Shown here: one piece after another, positions 30,513 to 36,209 of the stretch
Layout: the number at the start of each line of letters is the position of its first letter
Numbering within the stretch: the first letter of the stretch is position 1
Assembly (NCBI GenBank): GCA_043823315.1
Contig: JBDRAU010000027.1
Coordinates: 1-36,209, forward strand
Source: a bacterium
GTDB lineage: Bacteria > Patescibacteriota > UBA1384 > DTJR01
Length of the DNA: 36,209 nt
Reading direction: 5' to 3'
Made by a program: the position numbers and the translations under genes
Notes under the pieces: model-generated
The model's database searches: none
The model's input: only the letters and a program-made list of their open reading frames with translations
What the model was told of the DNA's origin: nothing

Positions 30513-31349
30513 ATGGCCAAAGAACATAAGCCGTTTCTGCCGCAGACCCTTTGGGGCAAGATCGGAACGTGCGCTTTGGCGCTTCCGGTCCTTTTCCTTG
30601 TCCTGGTGGCATCGTTGGTCATCAGTGGGAGAGTGAGCCAGGGGCGCTTCGGACTTGCGGTGAGTCGTGGTAACTCGCTCTCCGGGTATATTCCCGAGGG
30701 CAGTATGGTCATGACGCTTCCGCTCCCACCGCGGGAGGGCAGTTACGTCACTGCGATGACAGAACTTCCCGATGACACCAGGGACACGACATCCGACGAC
30801 CGCAAACGCAAGCTTTCGGTCAAGTGGTACGACGGCACTCGCCTGGTGTCTACGGACTCACCCGAGTGCTATTCGAATTACGAGTACCGCGGGCGTGTTG
30901 TGGCGTGGTTCCCGACGCAGGAGTGGTTCCCATGGATGAACACGGGGGCTCAGAAGCCTATTCATATCCAAGACCAAGCAGAGCGCGACAGAGCCAATGA
31001 CAAGGGGAAGATTGCTGGGGTCTGGCAAGACGTCAATGAGAAGTGGGTCAAAGCAAATTGCCGCCGGATGACGCTCAAGCCCGACAAGGACGGCAAGTTT
31101 AACCTCGGCGGTAAGCGCCAGGTTTTCTGGGTTCAAGTGCAGGGGAAGCCAAGTACGACTGTTGACGCTGGTCTAGATAGTGACCTGCTATCACATATGG
31201 CTTCTATCTCGCCGTCCGGGGAACCTGGGTCGCTTATACCAGCATCGAAGATCCCTGTTCCATGTAGCGTGATCAAAGCGCGGATTGAAAGGGGACCGAG
31301 GAACCTGTCGCTCCCAACGGGCGTGACGGTTGTAGTGTGGTATAAGTGA
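30513..31349 (+). CDS. Membrane-anchored hypothetical protein in a high-GC cassette; N-terminal part weakly resembles an S24/S26 (LexA/signal-peptidase) fold
   Basis: GAGGAGG (30498-30504) lies 8 nt before the ATG at 30513; the tracked ORF starts at 30489. TM helix CALALPVLFLVLVASLVI, then GNSLSGYIPEGSMV...GSYVTA...LSVKWY...RGRVVAWF, similar to the G-x-SM-x-P..GD..V..KR..G.VV pattern (weak). Confidence 0.55.
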   Translation: MAKEHKPFLPQTLWGKIGTCALALPVLFLVLVASLVISGRVSQGRFGLAVSRGNSLSGYIPEGSMVMTLPLPPREGSYVTAMTELPDDTRDTTSDDRKRKLSVKWYDGTRLVSTDSPECYSNYEYRGRVVAWFPTQEWFPWMNTGAQKPIHIQDQAERDRANDKGKIAGVWQDVNEKWVKANCRRMTLKPDKDGKFNLGGKRQVFWVQVQGKPSTTVDAGLDSDLLSHMASISPSGEPGSLIPASKIPVPCSVIKARIERGPRNLSLPTGVTVVVWYK

Positions 31350-31375
31350 ATTGCATCAGTGATGTTGACGTCAGG

Positions 31376-31407
31376 GGTCGGTGGCTAATTGCACCGACCT
31401 TTTTTTT
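31376..31407 (+). terminator. Intrinsic terminator closing the high-GC cassette
   Basis: GGTCGGTG-GCTAATTG-CACCGACC followed by T8. Confidence 0.75.
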
Positions 31408-31450
31408 ACCGATCTTGTCTTATATAGTATAATAAAAATAAAGGGATAAA

Positions 31451-32413
31451 TTGAAAAAAATAAATGGGAAAATTTATCTTATTGTATTAGCGATTCTTGT
31501 CGTTGGAGTTTTTGTTGGTTCTTATTTTGCCCTTTTCCCTTCTCGCCAAGATACATCAAGAACTTCTGCTACCAGTGAGAGTAAAACGATTACTAGCGAA
31601 GCTGAATGGGAACAAGGTACTCTTGTTTCTATAGACTCAACTACCACAGCTGGTTCAATACGGATGTCTGACGCAACCAAAGGTCGTTACCTGGTTGCTG
31701 ACGACAGCCCCGTCTTCGATTCGAGCGCTCAATATATGGCTGATGATGATACCAGTACTAGTACAGACATCCTTATTCCAGCCATCTATTATTTAGCTGT
31801 GGATTTTCTTGGGCCAGAAAATGTTACTTCGGTCAAATGGTTTACGACACGTCTTGCAGGTGATGAAACGGCTCGAATTGACTACTACAACGGATCTTCT
31901 TGGGTGGCGATAGCGGACGTATCGGCTTGGGGTGTCTATCAAACCGAGAGTGTCTCAATCACAGCAACTAAAATTCGCGCAGTTCTCACCGGTGGAACAG
32001 AAAGAATGGCTGTCAACGAACTCCAAGCGTTTAACGGTACTGATAAGCTGTATAATTTTTCTTCTGCCACCCACACCACCGGCGCTACCCAAATAGACGG
32101 AGGAGAGAACTTCTGGAGCTGGGAGGGGTTTACGCCAACAGATTCAAAACCAGCTAACACTTCAATAACGTATCGTTATCGTACCTCCACCGACGGAGCT
32201 ACCTGGACTAGTTGGGTAGGTGATATTGGATCAGTAACCTCAAGAACTGGAGATGATTCCAACGACCCCACTCTTTACCGTTACCTTCAAGTCGAAGCCA
32301 CCCTAGCTAACACCGATGGAGCATCAACTCCCACCATCGACGCTTATGATATCGACTACCATACGGAGGTCAAGCCGACTAAGCCAGTGGCGCAGACCGC
32401 AGTAGCTCAATAA
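31451..32413 (+). CDS. Secreted/surface hypothetical protein (TTG start, N-terminal TM), possibly with a discoidin/F5-8-type-C-like sugar-binding domain
   Basis: Signal-anchor IYLIVLAILVVGVFVGSYFALF. The segment VTSVKWFTT...IDYYNGSSWVAIADV...ATKIRAVLTGG...AVNELQAF resembles galactose-binding-like domains (weak). Confidence 0.5.
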   Translation: MKKINGKIYLIVLAILVVGVFVGSYFALFPSRQDTSRTSATSESKTITSEAEWEQGTLVSIDSTTTAGSIRMSDATKGRYLVADDSPVFDSSAQYMADDDTSTSTDILIPAIYYLAVDFLGPENVTSVKWFTTRLAGDETARIDYYNGSSWVAIADVSAWGVYQTESVSITATKIRAVLTGGTERMAVNELQAFNGTDKLYNFSSATHTTGATQIDGGENFWSWEGFTPTDSKPANTSITYRYRTSTDGATWTSWVGDIGSVTSRTGDDSNDPTLYRYLQVEATLANTDGASTPTIDAYDIDYHTEVKPTKPVAQTAVAQ

Positions 32414-32429
32414 TCGATTATCACATTCA

Positions 32430-32709
32430 CCCCCACACCAAATGAATTAAGTTTACGTACTCAAGAGCAAACTAGATAACGACTTATATATTGGTTTAAC
32501 AAAGGACCTGAAGAAACGGATTTGTTTACACAACGCAGGCAGAGTAAAATCAACTGCTGAGCGTAGACCGTTAGAGCTAGTTTACTGTGAAATTTACAAA
32601 TCCGAACAAGACGCTAGGCGAAGAGAGCATAATCTTAAATTGAGAAGTAGAGCCTTTATTCAATTAAAAAAGAGAATTATAAATAGCGTCTTGTAATTTG
32701 GTGTGGGGG
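32430..32709 (+). mobile_element. Compact IR-bracketed GIY-YIG cassette (280 bp)
   Basis: 14-bp perfect inverted repeats CCCCCACACCAAAT (32430-32443) and ATTTGGTGTGGGGG (32696-32709) overlap the ATG and the stop codon of the enclosed ORF. Confidence 0.5.
32442..32696 (+). pseudogene. GIY-YIG nuclease family gene with an in-frame TAA at codon 3
   Basis: Own translation: ATG AAT TAA, then VYVLKSKLDNDLYIGLTKDLKKRICLHNAGRVKSTAERRPLELVYCEIYKSEQDARRREHNLKLRSRAFIQLKKRIINSVL*. No ATG/GTG/TTG start lies after the stop, so it is absent from the ORF track. Confidence 0.6.
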
Positions 32710-32791
32710 CAAGTCAAACCCTCCAAACCCACCGCTCAAACCGCAGTCGCGCAATAAGAACAATCGTACTATTTTAGAAATTTTATTCCTT

Positions 32792-32821
32792 GCGCTTTTT
32801 ATACGATCGTATAAAAAGCGC
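32792..32821. repeat. Perfect 30-nt palindrome GCGCTTTTTATACGA|TCGTATAAAAAGCGC, operator-like, overlapping the -35 region upstream of the PaaX-like gene
   Basis: Exact dyad. TATAAT lies at 32830-32835, an AAGGAG RBS follows, and the ATG is at 32852. Confidence 0.85.
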
Positions 32822-32851
32822 AAAAAGGATATAATTAGATAGAAGGAGAAA

Positions 32852-33433
32852 ATGAGTAAAAATATTAGAATTCCAAGACATGAAAAAACAGTATTTGCAG
32901 AAATTGCGAAGGCTGTTTTGAAATTCGCAATTCTGGGATTGGCTGTTGGCATTGTTCTTACTTCTCCGACGGGTTTATCGAGGATGATTCCCGAGCTTGC
33001 AACACTCCGCAAAAAACATGGTGATAAAGTTGTCGATAAGTCGCTTAATAAGATATTTAAAGATCGTTTTGTGAGGGTTATTCACAAAAAAAATACTACC
33101 ACTCTAAAAATCACAGAAAAGGGGAGAACAAAATTAGTAAATTTCGACATTGATACTATTAAGATTAAATCTAGCAAGTGGGATGGAAAGTGGAAGTTTG
33201 TAATTTTCGATATCCCGGAAAAAAGTCGCATCGCACGAGACGTTTTGCGACGGAAGTTAAAAGAAATCGGATTTGTACAATTACAAAAAAGTGTTTGGGT
33301 ATCTCCATATGAGTGCGAAGATGAGATCGCATTTATCGCTTCTGTTTACGAGGTGGAGAGGTATGTTAATTATATCGTTGCTTTAAAGGTTGATCACGAG
33401 CAATATTTAAAATCAAAATTTGACCTAATCTAG
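32852..33433 (+). CDS. PaaX-like protein (N-terminal TM helix plus PaaX/Cas2-like ferredoxin-fold region)
   Basis: KWDGKWKFVIFDIPEKSRIARDVLRRKLKEIGFVQLQKSVWVSPYE matches the W.G.W..v.y.IPE..R..RD.LR..L...GF..L...VW.SP signature of PaaX-family proteins. Confidence 0.5.
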   Translation: MSKNIRIPRHEKTVFAEIAKAVLKFAILGLAVGIVLTSPTGLSRMIPELATLRKKHGDKVVDKSLNKIFKDRFVRVIHKKNTTTLKITEKGRTKLVNFDIDTIKIKSSKWDGKWKFVIFDIPEKSRIARDVLRRKLKEIGFVQLQKSVWVSPYECEDEIAFIASVYEVERYVNYIVALKVDHEQYLKSKFDLI

Positions 33434-33444
33434 AAATCAATCTT

Positions 33445-33474
33445 GCGCTTTTCTTACGATCGTACAAAAAGCGA
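33445..33474. repeat. Second, imperfect copy of the 30-nt palindrome (GCGCTTTTCTTACGATCGTACAAAAAGCGA)
   Basis: 26 of 30 positions are identical to 32792-32821. It lies 12 nt after the stop of the PaaX-like gene. Confidence 0.8.
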
Positions 33475-33657
33475 CAGGTAGATCTAGGTTGCAGTGTTGT
33501 TCAAAATTCGTGTTTTCTGGCTTCGTATTGTATAAGGCAGTGTTGCAATAAGCTATAATGAATATAAGAAAATTTGATAAATGGCTAAATTAATATTATG
33601 AGGATTGGTCAAGATTTCAGCCACATAGTTTTTGTTGAAAAATTTAAAAAGACCCTG

Positions 33658-36209
33658 ATGAAATTGCCCCGAATAAATAAAAAGGTTTTTTCTCGTCGAA
33701 CTGGTACTCTGGTTGCTATCTTAGTAATAATAATCAGCGCCGTAATTTTAATCTTAAAGAACCAAATTTTTGCCGATGTACAGGCGTTTCCAGAATGTAC
33801 AAGCACAAATCCATACACCGTCAAAGCGGGCAAACAAATATATATGGACAGGGAAATTGAGAAACCGACTAATTTTCCGGGAGTGCCACAAAATTATTTG
33901 GTCAGAATTTCCCGCGACGTGGTCAAGAGAGAGCTTGGGGATTTTGCAAATACAAAGACGATTGTATGCTACAAAAAGAGTGGCGTGCTGGTTCAAATCC
34001 CAAGTTTTGTGGAGTCGGGTGAGATTTGGTTCCAAATTCAAGATGATATTTCCCAAAACAGCGAAGCCCAATACTACATCTCAAAAACTACAGACGAGTC
34101 GAAAAAACTAAATCTAGTTAATTCGACAGATATTGAGTCCCATCCTTTTAAGTCCGAGAGCTCGTTCAGTAATCCGGTCCCATCAACTGAAAATACATAC
34201 TGGCGTAAAGTTCTCTGGAATGGCTCGGTCAGTGCTGATTTTTTCCCAACGAATGATGTAAGCCCGGGAGGAAACGACACATTGGTGACCAAGAATTTTA
34301 AAGGACAACTCGACCCGGCAACGACTGGCTGGAGCACTTTCTTAAACAGTAAACCGATAGAGTATGACCCTGCAATTAACGCCGCGCAAAAGGGAACCTA
34401 CCTGCTTACCGTGGGATGGGCAAAGTTTGCAAATGTAAAAGTGCCGAGGGAAAACAACCTGGCTATGAAATATGGCTTCGACGCCACCGTCAGAAATTAC
34501 GCTTATAAAGACGGGGCTTGGGTAGGTTATAATGTACTGAGAGTCTCAGATAGTGTAAACACCGGCTGGGAACGATATCAAACTTCGATCATTCTTCGTG
34601 ACGATAAAATGAATGTGTCTGTTTTTTCCGATACTCATAATTTGCTCTCGGGCGAGATAAGCTATTCGAGTTTCAAATTCATCAAGAACATCAAAGCTCC
34701 ACGCGAGCTCAAACAAACAGTATCAGTGGCGGGGAAAAGTACTACTGTCGAATGGCGTGAAAACATGGTCAAATATTTTGGCAATACTATAATCACTCCT
34801 CGCTCCACAACTAATTATCCCGGGAGTGCTTTCAAACTGGATAAATCAACTAAGCTTTTCGTAACTAATAACTTCCCTGATTATTACAAAGACCACTTTG
34901 ACGGGGAATCACTCATTGTAACTAAAAAGCTGCAAAGCGTAATTAAACAAAGCCATAATTTCGATATTTCCCTGTCGGAAATAAAAGGCTTCTCAGCCGA
35001 TCGAGCAATTATTGTTGGGGATCTAGAAAATGAGCAGTTTAGAAATTTTGCCTACACCCTTCGCCCTGACATTAAAAACATGATTTTTCAAAAAGAAGGT
35101 TTTAGGATTTTCGTTGGCGAAAAATATATCCTAGCTGTTGGCAAAGACATGGTTGGCAGTTATTATGCCTCGTTGCGATTGGCGGATTTGTTTCTCGGTC
35201 AGTCAACCATTTCTCAGCGCATGGAGGAAGACTACGCGGATAATTCATTTAGAAACATGCCATCGTGGAACATAACTCAGCGCGAGCATGTATTGCAAAA
35301 CGTTAAAGACGACATTAGTCGAATTTCCGAACAGCGTTATAATTTTTATACTGTAAATAGCACCTATGAGTTTTTATATATCGGCGAGGTCTATGATAAG
35401 GATGGCAAAAATGCACGAAGGGACATGATGGTGGATATATTCTCATACGCGAGAAAGTACTTCATGGAGCCGATCGCCTCAAGCTTCTCGTTTGGCTATA
35501 ACTTCGGTCTAACGCCTCAAAACCTAACCTATAAAACCAGAACGGTTACCGTGCTCGAAAGCCGATCGGGACAGTTCGCTCTTAACCTTACTCGAAAATT
35601 TACCGACGAGGACCGCGCAGGAGAAAATCCGACAGATATTCCGCTTATTGTTAAAAATCTTTCCGACACGACGACTTATAAGGAGGGGAGCGACTATTCT
35701 ATCGAATACAAGCAAAAATCGACAACCGATACATCAAAAGCATACTTTATAAATCTATTGCCGAGTTCTTTTATTCAGCCAAACCTGTTTGATCTCACGG
35801 TTGTTCTCAAAGACGGTCAGCAGAAAAATATTCAGTTTCTACACAGTGGAACTACCGCACCCTCTTTAAGTGAGAAGCTTACCTCTGAGCCGGTTGAGCT
35901 CTGGAACAAAAATAAGACTGTTCAATACGGGCGGATTGCTGGCAAGACTACCGGTGGTTACAATATCGATGGATCGGAAAAGAGCTGGAAGATTTCGATA
36001 CCATTTGCCTCCGATATTAAACCGGTTTCATATAAGCTCCACATGACATATAACGGAGAGGAAGCTGGATTCAACAAGAGTAACAGATTAACATCAAAGT
36101 ATGCACGCGGGATAGCAACTACCGGAATTGATAATGCCATTAAATATTTGAAGCCTAAATATATTCATATTAACAATGATGAGGTAACTGGTGTTGGCAC
36201 TGATTATCG
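33658..36209 (+). CDS. Large secreted/surface protein, partial (>850 aa, runs off the window); possibly glycoside-hydrolase-like
   Basis: Own translation shows an uninterrupted frame from the ATG at 33658 to the window end. It is not in the ORF track because no stop is present. Signal-anchor GTLVAILVIIISAVILIL. The segment EGFRIFVGEKYILAVGKDMVGSYYASLRLADLF resembles the N-terminal domain preceding GH20/GH84-type catalytic barrels (weak). Confidence 0.6.
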   Translation, partial: MKLPRINKKVFSRRTGTLVAILVIIISAVILILKNQIFADVQAFPECTSTNPYTVKAGKQIYMDREIEKPTNFPGVPQNYLVRISRDVVKRELGDFANTKTIVCYKKSGVLVQIPSFVESGEIWFQIQDDISQNSEAQYYISKTTDESKKLNLVNSTDIESHPFKSESSFSNPVPSTENTYWRKVLWNGSVSADFFPTNDVSPGGNDTLVTKNFKGQLDPATTGWSTFLNSKPIEYDPAINAAQKGTYLLTVGWAKFANVKVPRENNLAMKYGFDATVRNYAYKDGAWVGYNVLRVSDSVNTGWERYQTSIILRDDKMNVSVFSDTHNLLSGEISYSSFKFIKNIKAPRELKQTVSVAGKSTTVEWRENMVKYFGNTIITPRSTTNYPGSAFKLDKSTKLFVTNNFPDYYKDHFDGESLIVTKKLQSVIKQSHNFDISLSEIKGFSADRAIIVGDLENEQFRNFAYTLRPDIKNMIFQKEGFRIFVGEKYILAVGKDMVGSYYASLRLADLFLGQSTISQRMEEDYADNSFRNMPSWNITQREHVLQNVKDDISRISEQRYNFYTVNSTYEFLYIGEVYDKDGKNARRDMMVDIFSYARKYFMEPIASSFSFGYNFGLTPQNLTYKTRTVTVLESRSGQFALNLTRKFTDEDRAGENPTDIPLIVKNLSDTTTYKEGSDYSIEYKQKSTTDTSKAYFINLLPSSFIQPNLFDLTVVLKDGQQKNIQFLHSGTTAPSLSEKLTSEPVELWNKNKTVQYGRIAGKTTGGYNIDGSEKSWKISIPFASDIKPVSYKLHMTYNGEEAGFNKSNRLTSKYARGIATTGIDNAIKYLKPKYIHINNDEVTGVGTDY

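Noticed and set aside
30269-30712. 147-aa minus-strand ORF antisense to the high-GC cassette; also 30183..30383, 30418..30636 and 30858..31136.
   Set aside because: Long spurious ORFs are expected in high-GC DNA. The sense ORF has the promoter, SD sequence and terminator. The antisense product is Arg/Pro/Thr-rich with no start context.
30245-31440. Possible direct repeats flanking the high-GC cassette: GATCTTACAGTAAGTATA at about 30277 and GATCTTGTCTTATATAGTATA at about 31413.
   Set aside because: Only short AT-rich matches (GATCTT, AGTATA) are shared, which is too weak to call a target-site duplication.

Overview
This is an AT-rich bacterial chromosome segment that uses the standard genetic code: TGA is a stop, for example in the ileS/ftsW GTGA overlap at 17377-17380. 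The gene style (small genes, CCA encoded on all five tRNAs, many small membrane or secreted proteins, rpmG-tRNA-Trp ... secE-nusG-rplK) fits a reduced-genome, Patescibacteria/CPR-like organism, but that placement is inference only.

Layout:
- 2-589: mnmA 3' end.
- 586-9873: a minus-strand surface-glycan cluster. It holds a Wzz-like protein, a phosphoglycosyl transferase, three GT4 glycosyltransferases (one split by a homopolymer frameshift), a Wzy/O-antigen-ligase-like protein, three SAM methyltransferases, a short UDP-sugar dehydrogenase and an embedded tRNA-Pro.
- 10134-12549: M50 protease, rpmB, a zinc-ribbon protein, holB-like and a TPR protein.
- 12.6-14.3 kb: a heavily remodelled tRNA cluster (Thr, Tyr, Thr, rpmG, Trp).
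- 14450-19843: ileS, ftsW/rodA, secE, nusG, rplK.
- 20292-28667: a secreted protein, dprA, topA, recR, a zinc-ribbon protein, cysS and an RRM protein.
- 29.3-36.2 kb: an accessory tail with a heptad-repeat protein, an NYN protein, a high-GC foreign cassette, surface proteins, a GIY-YIG remnant and a PaaX-like protein.

Most unusual observations:
1. Three paralogous ~125-146-nt structured elements are fused directly to the CCA of tRNA-Thr(UGU), tRNA-Thr(GGU) and tRNA-Trp. Each has covarying helices, a tRNA-specific guide-like 7-mer and a terminal second copy of the T-loop-to-CCA segment of a tRNA.
2. Broken tRNA halves with matching acceptor strands are nested around intact tRNAs, peppered with GC hairpins and next to a GIY-YIG gene.
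3. Several families of GC-rich hairpin repeats form REP/BIME-like clusters and also sit in frame inside cysS.
4. A second GIY-YIG cassette is bracketed by 14-bp inverted repeats that recur as an ORF-less miniature pair 22 kb away.
5. There are two candidate structured RNAs: one replacing rplA downstream of rplK, and one as a terminator-containing leader of a methyltransferase gene.
6. A self-contained high-GC gene cassette carries a consensus promoter and a ~180-nt structured leader.

No rRNA, CRISPR array or recognisable transposase was seen.
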